A DNA stretch of 63,938 nt, counting the filler, from Kipferlia bialata (Eukaryota), in NCBI GenBank assembly GCA_003568945.1. It is 4 parts of 4 records of this genome, joined end to end, with 100 filler letters (N's around TTAATTAATTAA, not from the genome) between each part and the next. Parts side by side here need not be neighbours in the genome. Positions count along the whole stretch, not along the records: positions 1 to 18,621 come from BDIP01000468.1; 3 more parts are not named here. One strand, given 5' to 3'. The position numbers and the translations under genes are program-made. Below, piece after piece: positions 1 through 13,663 of the stretch (positions are counted from its first letter, which is position 1; each line of letters starts with the position of its first letter). Below the pieces are notes generated by a model. It did not search any database and was not told the origin of the DNA. It saw nothing but the letters and a program-made list of their open reading frames with translations.

Positions 1-2722
1 CCCAGCGTTTCGTCATTAGATTAAGCGAAACGCTGGGCGTGAGGGGCCAACCCTGTCATGGAGATGCTACACCCCTATTTCATGGGTATCGTTTTTCTCA
101 CACTGATCAGCGTCTGGAAGAACGTCTGGCTACTACTCTTCTCTCTACTCTACACTGCATAAACACAGTGCCTGTCATAGTTCTCCATTGAATAAACAAC
201 AACAACCGACCGTTTTGGGGGATGGCGAGTTATGAGGGAGAGGGAGGGTGGGCTACTTGGAGAGGGGCGGCTGCAGGTTGTGTGTATGTATATACAGTCA
301 TTGCTGCTCCATTATATATAGGTGTGTGTGTATAGAGAGTACTCAATACATATATATTGTATATACGTGAAAACATACCACTATCAATCAATTATTCACT
401 CTCTATATAGAAACGAGTATTCACGCAGATATGAGTGTCATGGTCAACAATAGAGATTGTGAAAAACCAGTGCTTTGCCCGTACATAGAATACCATACAA
501 GTATACAGCACATATACAGTGTATATATAGTATTTATAGCGTACATTGTAAATACTTGTCTGAAGAAATATACTTGTGTAATATATATACATATTGTACT
601 ATAGTAATACAATAGTGGGGACATACAGCAGGTGTGACACGGGACGGGTATACAGAGGGACACATGGTAGGACAAGGCAACATACATGGGGCATTCCTGT
701 AGAGGGGGAACACTGGAATATATATATATATATATGATATATGAGTATTCTACCGGAAATGTCTATGTAGGGGGAAATGGATATACATATACTGAGGGTG
801 AGTGTATAGATACACAGTATCTGACACCAAGTGTAGTACAATACATATATACAATACATATATTATTACAATATACTATTTTATACATATGGTGTACTAT
901 AATACTACATCTAGTAGTATAGGGCAAGTATAGAGTAAAGTATCGGTGGGTGTAGCTGCAGGGGACGGTGATGGAGGACCTACACAGAAGGGACGACAAG
1001 TAGGGGAGGGCCGTCGGAATGGTGACACAGAGAGGACATCAAGTAGGGGAAGCAACATGGGGGGAATGATAGCGAAGCAGTATTGGGACAACTCGGAGCA
1101 TACTATACAGTAGGGTGGGCGACAACAGTGGGGCAAACAAGGTGTAGATAAGAGGAGGGTAGGTATAGACAACGTAGCAAGGACAGAGAGAAGGGATGTG
1201 GGAGGTTGGGGGTGAGGGTGTATACGGCACACAAGGGTGGGAAGCACAGGTGGTGGTGAGACATAGGAGAACAGGGGAGATATAGCGAAGAAGATGGAAA
1301 ACGGTGGTGGGGGTAACAAGGATGATACTGGAGGGGCAGGACATAGAAGGGCATGGTAGGAAGGTGAAGACGACAGAGCACATCAGGTGGATCATAGAGG
1401 GACAAACACATCGAGATGGGACAAAGGAACACAGTGGCACTATAGGAAGAGGGAGAAGGGAAGACAACTAAATCAGGGGAGACGAGGGCAAGGGTCTATG
1501 GAACACAATTGAAGGAATTGAGAGCATATTGTAGCACATGGAGATACGGAGGGTGACGGCAGTGATATGGGGTGGCAGGACACGTGGAGGGGAAGGGCAG
1601 GGTAGAGAACGAGAGTGAGGTCAAGGCAGAACAGTAAGAGAGGGTAGACAGAGGGTAGGAGGTAAACAATTAAGGGGGCAGAGGCCCTGGTAGGTGTTGA
1701 AGCAGAGACCGATGGGGCGGATGGTGGTGAGGATGGAGACACAGGAGGGGGGGGGAACACGACTAGGGAGGAGGGTAAGGGACGGGAACACTGGAACGCA
1801 AGTAGGGGGACACAGGTGAGGTAGAAGGATACTAGGCAGCAGAAAGAACGAGAGGAACAGACAGCAGATAGAGAGACACGGGGGAGAGAGACTGAGACAG
1901 GGCATGGTGGCAATGGACAGAAGGTTAGGAGCAGGGAGAGAGCCGGAAAGTGGGTACATGGATGGGGCAGCGGTTGGGCATGACGTTGGGGACTGGGGTA
2001 GTGGTGCAGATGGTGTCAGTGAAGCGGGTCTGGACGTAGACGGGGGGCTTGGCACAGGGACAGAGGGAACAGGAAGGAACATGCTGGGGCGAGGCGGCAA
2101 CTGGATACTGGGGTGGATGTGGATCAGGTTGGGCACGATGGTGAGACCGGTGGTGTGGAAGGTAGCTAGCAGGGACAGGAAAGGGATAGTCAGAGTCGGC
2201 TGGGGGGTACATGGGGCAGAGGTTGGTGGTGTCGTTGTGGACGCAGGGTATGTCGGGGGTACAGGACTGAGACGTGTAGGTAACTGGATGTGGAACAGAA
2301 TGGGCCAGGCTGGTGCATGTACGAGTCTTAGGGCCACAAGGTATGAGTGTACGAGGGGTACTAGGTGCAAAGAGACGACTGTCTGGGCAGGAGCGCGGTA
2401 GGGATGCGAACCCTAGTCTGTGTGTGATGGCCTCACTCTCTCTCTCTCTCTCTCTCTCAGTTGAGGGTATCACTCCTGTTAAGTGGACACTTGTATAGCA
2501 GTCTACTGTATATCTACATTATCTGACAAATCACAACACAACAAGGAATGACTGTGGATCAGGATCTATTACCAAAGAGACACAGGTGCCATATATACAT
2601 ATCTACTGTGTACTAGAACTTCTCGTCCATGCCAGGTGCCTCTAACACTACGTCATACTGCATACCATTAGTCACTCAAACATGTAACTGATAGTATATG
2701 AGCACCATATCCACTATATGGA

Positions 2723-5700
2723 TCAGAACTCCATCTCGTCCATGCCAGGTGCCTCGATGCCGGCACTCTCCATCAGGCCCTGGGGGTGAGCTATATATAT
2801 ACATACACAAAGAATTCAGAGGTGATGACAGATGGGAGGAATCCATACCAGTATGGTATACGTATTTATGTGTTTGGTGTAGTCCATGTGTCTATAATGT
2901 ACACACCTTGAGTGCATCGATGTAGCAGTCCAGCTGGAGGGACTCCTCCTGGTACAGGGCCTGGGGTGAGTATATAGATAGATGCATTACAATCTATAGC
3001 TGGATATAGAAGCCTCCTGGTACTAGTTCTTGGGGTGAAGACACTACTATGCCAATTCCTGTCAGACTAGAGTTACAGATAGACTGTAACATGACATATG
3101 AAGACAGTAAGACAAAGAAGCGTACAGTAAGAGGGAAATGAAGCGCAATACCTGAGACTCCTCAATCCTCTGCCTCTCTGCCCTCTCTCTCTCGAGCTCT
3201 GCACGAAGCTCCTCAGTCTTTCTCCTGTTCTCAATGTCTCTCTCCTGCAGTTCTGATATCAGCTTCTGCCTCTCAGTCTCCCTGGTTAGAGCAGCCGCCA
3301 GCTCTGCCCTGAGGGTGTCCCTGTCACTGAGTGTGTCTGGGTCACTCAGGTTGTCAAGGTCACTCTCCACATCACTGGGGGAGGTGGTGCCCTCGGCACT
3401 GTCCACCGAAGAGGCAGCCTCATCAGCCACAGCTATATAAGCACCCTCCTCCACACCCTCCTCTGGCACTCCATCTGACACGACAGTCTCCACTGCTCCC
3501 TTCTCCTCTGGCTCACCGTCCATGTCCTCCATGTCCTCCTCGGGCACATCATCGAAGAAGCCCTCTCCATCAGAGGCATCGGCCATGTCTAGGGGGGACA
3601 CACCCTCACGAGAGAAAGACTCCTCGTCTACTGAGGGCTGCTCCCCCTCAACCATCTTAGACTCGGCAGGGGTGCTCTCCGCCTCAACAGATGATGTCTC
3701 TACCTTCTTAGGAGTGGCCACAGGATCCTCCTCCACAACAGACTCAGCCTCAATGGGAGACCTCTCACCCTCCTTGTCTGACAGGGCGGGGGTGGGCTCA
3801 GTCTCAACCACAGGTGTCTCCACTGTAGGAGATACGTCCTCAGAGGTGGCCTCAGGTGTAGTCTCAGCCTCCGCAGCAGTCTCTACCACCTCAGGAGAGG
3901 ACTCAGCAGGGGTCTCAGTCACAGTCTCTACCTCCTCCTCGGCAAATGGGTCAGGGTTGGTATCCACCTCCTCAGAAGGCTCCTCACCCTTCTCACCCTC
4001 TCCCTCTACCTCCATACCCTCTCTTTCTCTCTGTGCCTCTACACCAGCTTCCATGCCCTCTGCCAGTGTGTCAATCTCATCGAAGAAGTCATCGGAGTTG
4101 GGGAGCTCATCCTCCTCCACATCCTGGGGATCGAGTGGCTCGTCACTGGTTGTTGTGGACTCTGCCATTCCAGCATCAGTCTCAGTCTCTCCCTCATTGG
4201 CAGTAGATACCCCTCCTGTCATGGCAGCAAGGCCAGCGAGGGCAGGGAAGGCAGACTCGACAGTGGGAGCAGCAGCAACCTCTACCTCCTCCTTCCCACC
4301 CTCACCCTCTCTCTCTACCTCTACTTCTGTGGTCTCTATGGTGGTCATGGCAGCTGGGCCTGCAAGCGCAGAGAAGGGGGCCACAGACACAGCCTCTGCT
4401 GTGGAGTCACTAGCAGTCTCCATCTCTCCCTCTGCCTCTACCTCTGCCACTACCTGCTCCTCACTCACAGCTGCCTCACATGCGTCTACTGTCTCTGCGT
4501 GCTCCTCACTCTCGATAGTAGTTACGTCCTCCTCCACAGTCACTGACTCGGCACTAGCTCCAGAAGTCACCTCAACCACAGCTTCCTCCTCCTTGATAGG
4601 TGTGATAGGCGATGGTGTAACCACGGCAACAGTGGGGGCAGCTGGGGGACTGGGTGTCATGATAATGACACCGGACTGAGGCACTTCCTCAGGTACAGTA
4701 GTGCTCCGTGCAGGTGGAGCCACAGTAGCAGACGGGGGTGGAGGGGGAGGTACATCGCCAGTGGTACCAGCAGAGCTGAGTGGTGTCGGCTGGTACACAC
4801 TCATGGGGGTAGTGTGAGACACTGTCTGGGGTGCTGGTCTAGGCACTGTCTGTGAGACAGATGTGGCACCAGGCTGCATGGGCTGGAAGACAGTCAGAGG
4901 GGCACTCATAGACACTGTAGGCACTGTGGGTACTGTAGGGACTGTAGTGCTAGTAGGCTGTACAGGCTGCATGGGCTGGAACACGGCGACTGGAGGTGCA
5001 GGTGTTGCCACTGCAGAGGTAGGTACCATGGGAACCATAGGTGTAGTGGTAGCTACAGTGGGAGCAGGTGTCACTGTAGGGACTGATGGAGTGGCAGCAG
5101 GGGGTGGGGGTGGTGGTGCCACTACTGTGCTGTCCTTGCTTGGTGTAGCTGTAGACCCAGCCTGCATGGGTGTGAATACATGGGGCATTGGGGCGTGGGA
5201 GACTGGGGTCTGGCCGGCAGAGGTCCTGAGGTGAGTATTAAGAAAGAGACACATATGGTACAATGACGTCTGGCCGGCAACAGTTCTGATGTTAGAACAG
5301 GTGTCACAGGTTATATATTGAATAGTATATGTATTGAGTCTTATAGATAGGGGTCTGGCCGGCAGAGGTCCTGGGGTCAGTGTCAGGAGAGAACGTATAC
5401 TCATCCATATTATATATCCCTATAGAGAGTGAACCTTGCGTATGGCACCCTTGGTGGCTGTATCCCCCTGACAAGAGAGACAGTATTTAGTATAGATATA
5501 TTAATATATATATATACAGTATATATATACAACATACCTTGCATATGGCACCCTTGGCGGCTGTATGCCCCTGACTGGCTTGAGTGCATCAAGAACAACG
5601 GGCTGGAACATGGCATAGGAGGGTGGGGGGGCAACCATACCCACCGTAGGAACACCAGATGCAGTAGGTGCAGTAGTAGCAGTGTGGGGCTTGGGTGCTA

Positions 5701-6480
5701 CTGGTGGAGGTACCACTGTTGGCTTAGGGGGCAGGGGTACAGCAACAGTGGGGGGAGGGGGTGCTGTAGGTACCACAACAGGTGCTAGGGGTGCCGAGGT
5801 GGTAGGCACAGTAGTGGGCATGAGTGGTGCACTAGTGACACCACTAGGCACAGGCATAGACACGGGTAGAGGTGGAGATGGTACGGCAGAAGGCGCAGTG
5901 GAGGTGACAGAGATGAGAACACCACTCTCACTCTCTTGGGTGTCGTGAGGTGCTGTCATCACTGGTGATGGCTGCTCGAGGACTATGCTCTCCCTCTGCC
6001 TCTCTCTCTCCTTCTCGGTCTCTCTGGCCTCGGCCTGAAGAGTAAGAATACAGACATGAATACATATATATATACAATATGAGGTTCGATGATAGACGGA
6101 AGCCCTTAGTTATATATGCGTGCAGGTAGCAATGCAGGTTGCAACGCCATTAGTGTTTGCATATATAGTGTACTCATGTATATGCATAGAGGTTACCGTA
6201 CCAATGCAGTTAGCAGCGCCTCTCTGACACTGGACAGACATGTCTCTGACCCAAGGTCAAGGGAGGCCAGGGTCTCAAAGGCAGAGGACAGTGACGCAGT
6301 TGATGCTGGTGTAAGATACACTAATGAGAGAGAGAGAGAGAGAGGTCAAGTGAGGCAAGAGACTCAAAGGCGGAGGATTGGGATTGGGTAGAGGCTGATG
6401 TAAGAAAGAGAGACAAGGCTCAAAGGCAGAAAATGACGCAGTTGATGCTGATGTGGTATTGGGATATATAGATATATACG

Positions 6481-6517
<37 letters not shown>

Positions 6518-9500
6518 ACCTTCTGGCGATGTAGCACCCAGGAGTCCCGCAGACATAGGCTGGACAGAGGCAAGCCGGGACCTACATGGTAAGAAATAGT
6601 ATATGCATAGAATTACTATTAATTACTACTCTTAGTGAGACATATGTATATATATTGGTACACCTATACAAGTATAGTCTACCTGCTTATGGCTGCTATG
6701 GCCTGGACAAAGGCCCTCTCGGCACCAGTATCTCCAGCAATACTACCAACTCCCTCCTCCAGCTTAGACAGCAGGGCAGGACTGATGGCTAGGCATGTAC
6801 TACAGGCAGCGAGGAAGGCAAGTGGCCAGTTGTCACTGGACTGTCCCGATTGTGAGGATTGTAAACTCGATTGGGCCATGCTTGTCACGGCTGTGTCCAC
6901 CAGGGCAGCGATGAGAGTACTGGCGCCATTGGGCATGCGGATGACAGCCTAGGGGTGAGACATATATATATGAGCAATCCAAAGTGTGTGTGAGAGAAAG
7001 TGGGTGAGAAAGAGATGCGAAAGCGTTATCTATGTACCTTGTCCATATACATATATCTGAGTATATGAATGCTGTGCACACATTTATACTCTATTGCACT
7101 ACACCCGAACACATGTATACTATCTGTACCTTGTCCAGTATCTTGCATGCCGTGTCACCTCCGTCCAGGGCAAGGCGGCAGAGGAGTCTGGTGGTCAGTA
7201 ATAGGCCACACACACACAATGAATACACTATACATGTGTATGTATATATATTTATGAAACGTCCAAACACGTCTTCATACTGCTAGAATTGCCTCTGAGA
7301 CACCCACATATATACGTATATCTATGTATAGCAATATATATCAACACTATACCAACCTGGCTATCTCCCTGCTGCCTGGGCTACCTTGGCTGACATACAG
7401 CATGGGACTCAGTAGCAGAACACCTTAAGGGTGGGGAGGAGAGAGAGGGAGAAAGTGTGAGAGTGTAAGGCAGGGATTCTATGATAGGAGACAGAGAGTG
7501 AGGGGGGGGGGGGAGTTGAGAGAGAGGCATCCAGCATAGGGCAGAACACTTCAGAGTATTTGAGAGTAATAATAGGCACATAAATACGTATGCATATATA
7601 TAAGATGGTGGAGAGATGGTGAGCTCCAAGAGAAGCAATTTAGAAAACTACTAGAACCAATATACCCACCTATCTCCTGAATGGGAGCGTCTGGCTGTAT
7701 CAGCTCGTATATCCTCCTGGTGGGTGATAAGGCCTCTCTCTCTCTCTCGGCACTGAGTCTGGCACTCTCAGAGACAGCGGTGCCAGTCTATCGCGTAAGA
7801 AGTGAAACATCCAACATAAACGTATCCATACATATGTAATATATGCAGAGAGAACTCTCAGAGACAGCGGTGCCAGTCTATCGTGTAAGAAGGAGGAGAT
7901 AGCAAATAGATGTGTTGTTCCCGATATACATTGCATGTCCAACAACGTACACACCATTCTACACACTATTATGATACAAATGTAAATACCTCATCAGTAG
8001 TCACAGCCCCCAGCATAAAGGACTGAGCTAGGATCTTGAACCCAGAGCGGAACATGCCCTTACCTGGGTAAGTATATATACGGTTGAAACGATGATCGAA
8101 AGAGACTAGACGATATGGACGGATGAAACGTGGTGAGATTGTGACACATACCCTTGCCCTTCTCCTTCCCTCTCTCCCTCTCCCTCTGTCTCTCTCCCTC
8201 TGCCGCAGCTCTGGCAGCTCTCTCCCTCTCCTGTCTCTCCTGCTCCCTGGGGGTAGAACGGATGAACGGATGAACGGATGAAACGATGAGGAATACAAAA
8301 CAGTACAATACAGATCGAATATACACTAATAATGTATTAGAGTGTAGCACCTGACTTGTATACTCTACAACTACTAACAATAGTAAGTAGAAGAGTAACA
8401 TGGAGTTATACCTCAGAATAGGCACTGCGCTTGGGTCGGCACACCTTTATGTTTCAATATAGATATATATATATATAGTATATGCTATATATATGTGGTA
8501 AAGAGTATATGTTATATATATGAATATAGCATTATATATGTACCTCAGGATGGGTACTGCACTTGGGTCGTGAAGAGAGGCAGCTAGGACTCTGGGGGTG
8601 AGGGAATAGCAATAATGGTTGAATAGGTAATGATATGGCCGTTGTCTCTACCCATGTGTATACTATATATATGTACATAGATATTACGCATATGTGCAGT
8701 GTGTGCCACTGTATATGATTGTATATATATACCTAGCTGCCACTGGGCATGTGTTGACAAGGGCATTGAGGACAGACAGACACTGAGAGGACAGGACCTG
8801 GTCACGGCCTGTGGTAAGAATGTATAGAGAGAGAGAGAGAGAGAGATACGGACAGACAGACACTGGGAGGACAGCATATGGTCACGACCTGTATTCGGAA
8901 TATATATCCACAGGGAGAAAGATAGAGAGAGAGACCAGTAGTCCAAGTAACATACAAGTATATGCCGCTTCCCTTGTGACATTGTGAAATATTGAGACAA
9001 AGTGGAGTTGACTATGTGTGTGTGCACTTAATGACATTGTGACCAGTCATCAGGGAAACCAAGGAATATCCAAAGAGAGAGTTACATAGTGTGGCATATA
9101 GTATACCTTGGTGCCTAATGTAATATGTATATCTGTATGTTAATAATAATATATGTATCTAGTGACATTGTGACCAGACTCATCAGGGGGAAGATAGATA
9201 TAGATAAATATATATATATACATATAGCGTATATACTATGAGTAACCCCAGGTATATACCTTCACTATATCGTGTGTATAAGAGTATGTACCTAGTGACA
9301 TTGTGACCAGTCTCATCAGGGGTATGTCAGGGTGGCGCAGCAGGGCAAGCTACAGTGAGAGGTATACAGAGAAGAGAAATGGACACAATACTCTCTCCCT
9401 AAAATACATATGTCACTCTGTGATGGTACACATACTGACAGTGCCAATGACACTGTGTGCAGGGCAGGGCACTCTATAGAGCATATATACATATATACTA

Positions 9501-11152
9501 CATGTATAATATATATTCATATACCACACACCCACCTGACTAAGACTGCACATTGACAATGCCAGAGACAGGGTGTGCAGGGCAGGGCACTAAGTATAGT
9601 ATAATACATTCTATAATATACACTATATAGTATATATAGTATATATATACACTATACTATACCTGACTTGGTGTACAGATACTGAGTGCCAGAGACAGGG
9701 TGTGCAGGGCAGGGCACTAAGTATAATACATTCTATATAGTATATATACACTATACTATACCTGACTAGGACTGCACATACTGAGTGCTATATATATATA
9801 TAAGTACTATACTATATACCTGGCTAGGTGTGCACATACTCAGTGCCAGTGACAGGGTGTGCAGGGCAGGGCATCTCATATGGGGTGGGGTCTCAAACCT
9901 AGTGTCAGAGGGACACATACATAATATACAGATATTTTGGATATATAGAAATAATATATACATATATATAGTGTTTGAAATGTAATTTGGATGGCGTCTC
10001 ATGGAAGGAGACAGTCTATCTCTGCACACAATGATATAGTATTTACCAATAATTGTGGCTACATCTATATGAGTCTTCATACACTGTTTGTGGGTGATAC
10101 CTTGTGCAGATACTGAGCAGCCTGTCAAAGACACCACTCTGGAGGACCTGAAGTATAAGAGAGACAATATGTGTGGAAAGAGAGAGAAAGAGAGACAGAG
10201 AGAGACCATATGAATACCTGAGTCTGGCTCTCCCTGCGCTCCACCTCTCTCTCTCTCTCCCCCTCTCTCTCCCTAGCACTAGTAGCATGGGAAGAGGCAG
10301 AAGGGGAGAGAAGGGTGTCTAACACATCTAGAGTGGCGGTGGTCACTGTGCCATACCGACGGTGGGCACTGGTGCTGATGTTACTGCAAAATATGAATGT
10401 ATAGTGTTTCACAATTGAGATAGAGGGTCACCAGGATAGTAACAGCATAACATACAAAACAATACATTCCCTTGGATATACAATACAACTACATCCATGC
10501 ACCTAGTATCGGCTCTAGTGCTGTTTGAGTGGTTGACCATGGCCCACTCCCCAGCTGTGAGTACGGCACATAGAGAGGGGAAGTGGTCACGCATGAGGGA
10601 GTGGCACTGAGTTAGAGAGGGGGAGAGAGAGAGAGAGAGTACGGTACACATGTATCATACCACTATTGACATTCACTATCCACACCTGTATGTTCCCTTC
10701 CACCAACAACCTCACAGAGGTGTACAATATACAGCACTAACACAGTAGTACGGCCCTCAGTGATGTAACTGATACATACATACATATATACTTATATATA
10801 TATATGTCAACCACACCTGTATGTTCCCCTCCACCAGCAGTCTCACACTCACAGCAGGGTACAAATATTCATGTATACATGTACTATACACTATATACTA
10901 AATATTAATTACTATACACTATTCTATATACCATCTCAATCACACCTGTATGTTCCCCTCCACCAGCAGTCTCACACACTCGTATGTGTAAATGAGTAAT
11001 ATATACACCCCATGCATACTAATGAGTAAGGCAGAGACTGATGTAACAACATATCATCCTACCTGTATGTTCCCCTCCACCAGCAGCCTCACACACCCCA
11101 GACACTGCACAGCAACCACGCCCTGGTGGCCCTCGCCCTAGGTATTAGGGGT

Positions 11153-11187
<35 letters not shown>

Positions 11188-11448
11188 AAAACCATACCTT
11201 GGTGGCCCTCTTCCTTGGTACAAAGGGTGTCGAGGGGGAGAGAGAGAAACAAAAATTACGCGATTACCTTGACAATATCGAGTAGTCTCTGGAAGCACCC
11301 CTGGAATGCCAGGACTGATGCCAGCTGTGATGCAGCCATAGAGGCAGTTTCATGGTCCAACTCATTACTCTCTCCCTCTCTCTCTCCCTCTACACCCCTG
11401 ATCTCTGGCTTCTGGAGCAGAAGGGACAGCAGAGACAGACCCTCATTC
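2723..11448 (-). CDS. USO1: Uso1/p115-like vesicle-tethering protein (multi-exon): ARM-type head, long low-complexity linker, short coiled coil and p115-like C-terminus; 5' part uncertain
   Basis: Hand-spliced GT-AG exons give NEGLSLLSLLL...VLAFQGCFQRLLDIVK / GEGHQGVVAVQCLGCVRLLVEGNIQ / ...VLQSGVFDRLLSICT / RFETPPHMRCPALHTLSLALSMCTPSQ / RDQVLSSQCLSVLNALV / ...ERAFVQAIAAISR. These are collinear with the p115 head as I recall it (RNDGVLLL..VAFENAFERLLDII.EEG..GGIVVEDCL..L.NLLKNN; CGLLQQLCTI; LRCAVLYCFQCFL; ENFIEKLGFISK). Last exons 2907-2960 and 2723-2779 encode ALYQEESLQLDCYIDALK/GLMESAGIEAPGMDEMEF*, resembling the acidic p115 C-terminus. Confidence 0.62.
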
Positions 11449-11531
11449 CTGATGGGTTAGGATACTCTCTATTAATAGATAGAGTATATAGACATATATG
11501 TTTATAGATGTCATATAGATATACAGATATA

Positions 11532-11721
11532 CCTCCTCAATCCTAAGGGGAAGGTATTTAAAATGTGTGATACAGCGATGTTGGGGGGGGGGGGGGGGGG
11601 GGGGGGAAAAGGGGAAAAAAAAAGGGGGGGGGGGGGGGGGGGGGGGGGGGGGTACACTCTGTCTATATGGAGGTACATAGATAGATAAATCCACTAACCT
11701 GGCCTCTGGAAACTCTGCGCG

Positions 11722-11752
<31 letters not shown>

Positions 11753-13140
11753 CATATATGTATATATATATACATACATATATCCACTAACCTGGCCTCT
11801 GGAAACTCTGTGCCCTCTGCAGGAACTGTTGTATGGCCATCTCTCTGTCACTGATAGGTGCCACACTGCCTAGGATCAGGATCAGTATCATATCATATGT
11901 ATATATATACAAATAATATATATATATATATAGTATTGTGCATGGCCATCTCTCTGTCACTAATAGCTGCAACACTGCCTGGAATGTGAGATCAATATAT
12001 ACTTATATATATACATACATATACATATATACACTATATATATATATATATATATACTATTGTGTATATGACATATGCATGGCCATCTCTCTGTCACTGA
12101 TAGCTGCCACACTGCCTAGGATGTCAGTACTTCATATATATATATGTATATATATAGAGTGAGAGAGAGATAGAGAGACAGATAGGGAGAGAGAGAGAGA
12201 CAGGGATATAGACATGGCCCTCTCCCTGCCACACTGCCTAGGATGTCAGTCCTATATATATATATATATATATATCGCAACATATATATAGATAGACAAA
12301 CACTACATTATATATCCACACATACCTCTATCCACACTGGGTGACCTATAGCTGAGGACCCTGGAGACAAGGCCATCTCTACCTACAGAGGCAGAGAGAG
12401 GGTCAGTGCCCCTACCCGCATATCTCTCTCCCTCTGCATACATATCAGAGGGAGGGTAGTCCCTAGGCATATCCACACCTCTCTCCATGTACATAGTTCC
12501 AGAGGGAGGGAAGCCCCTAGACATATCCACCACATATCTCTCTGTATCTCTATCCACAGGGTAAGGTACAGAGACAGCATCAGACCCTTGGCCATCCCTG
12601 CCCTCAGAGGCAGAGTGGAAGACAGAGGGCCTGTCCACACCAGCCCTGTCCAGGGATGCAGATACACCCCTCCTCTGTCCCTCCCTGTAAGGGTCCCTTA
12701 CTACACCACCTGGAGAGGGCAACATGCCACTCCTAGATACACCCTCAGGCAGATAGGGAGACATGCCCCCACCCATGGACGCAGAGAGAGAGAGGCTCCT
12801 CTCCGACCCAATACCCATGTACACTGGTCTCTCTCCCTGGTACACTGGCCTCTCTCTCGCTCTCTCCCCCATCCCCCTGTCCGACCCGATCCCGAAATAC
12901 CCTCTAACTCCACCACTAGGATACCCTCCAACTACACCAGGACCAAGAGACGCCTGATACGGATACATGTGGGGGTACGCAGCTCTCTGCCACTCTGCAG
13001 GTCCCCCCCACTCTCTCTCCCCCCCACTGTGACACTGTCTGTCTCCGTCACTATGTCTCCTGCCTGCTGGAGGTCTCTCCGTGCCAGAGTTTGCATATAT
13101 AGGAGTATGCCCACCCTCAGGTTGTGCCCTGCGGCCCTCC

Positions 13141-13190
<50 letters not shown>

Positions 13191-13617
13191 AGCGGATCTG
13201 ACCCCTCCCCCTCTCTCCTACGCCCACACCCAGAGACCAAGTCTTCCCTCTCTTCCCTTACAGGCACTCTCAGGGAACTGGGAGGACTAGAGTGTGTATA
13301 TCTACCAGTCTATGGGGAAGAGGCAACCCAGAGCAATATTCTTCTACACCCTTCGCAGTAAAGTCAAAAATCCACGGTAGCACGTTTTATTGCTATTTGT
13401 GTACAATAGAACCCCACTTCGCAAAGTCACTGTTCCGATCGTGTTGGTTGCGGGGACCATCGATTACTGATCCCTCTAGTACGGTTGCTTCTAGTGCGTG
13501 TGTTCCTTTCTGAGTAAATACTCTGGTGGTGTGTCGACTTAGTGCCTGGACCCTTAGATCTAGGTTTTTTGATTCAAGAAAACTCGTCGGAAAGAAATAG
13601 GAAATCCCAGCACTCAT
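11532..13617 (-). CDS. Low-complexity G/R/Y/P-rich exons, either the 5' part of the Uso1-like gene or a separate gene joined across a poly-G tract
   Basis: The 280-aa ORF at 12303-13145 has a phase-1 donor compatible with the exon at ~11790-11869 and a 10-nt exon at ~11532-11541. A candidate first exon starts at ATG 13617. Frame across the (GA)n tract at ~13146-13190 is uncertain. Confidence 0.35.
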
Positions 13618-13663
13618 TTCCTCAGTCTAGTCAGTGGTTGGCAGTCAGTACAAGTATTGATAC

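Noticed and set aside
392..999. Short Tyr/Ile-rich ORFs here and in many introns
   Set aside because: Translations of (TA)n-rich non-coding DNA.
3522..4679. 385-aa Ser-rich plus-strand ORF
   Set aside because: Antisense shadow of the Glu-rich exon of the Uso1-like gene.
10684..11090. Repeat-spacer-repeat pattern resembling a CRISPR array
   Set aside because: Repeats are degenerate copies of an exon end, spacers are irregular AT-rich intron sequence, there are no cas genes, and the context is eukaryotic.
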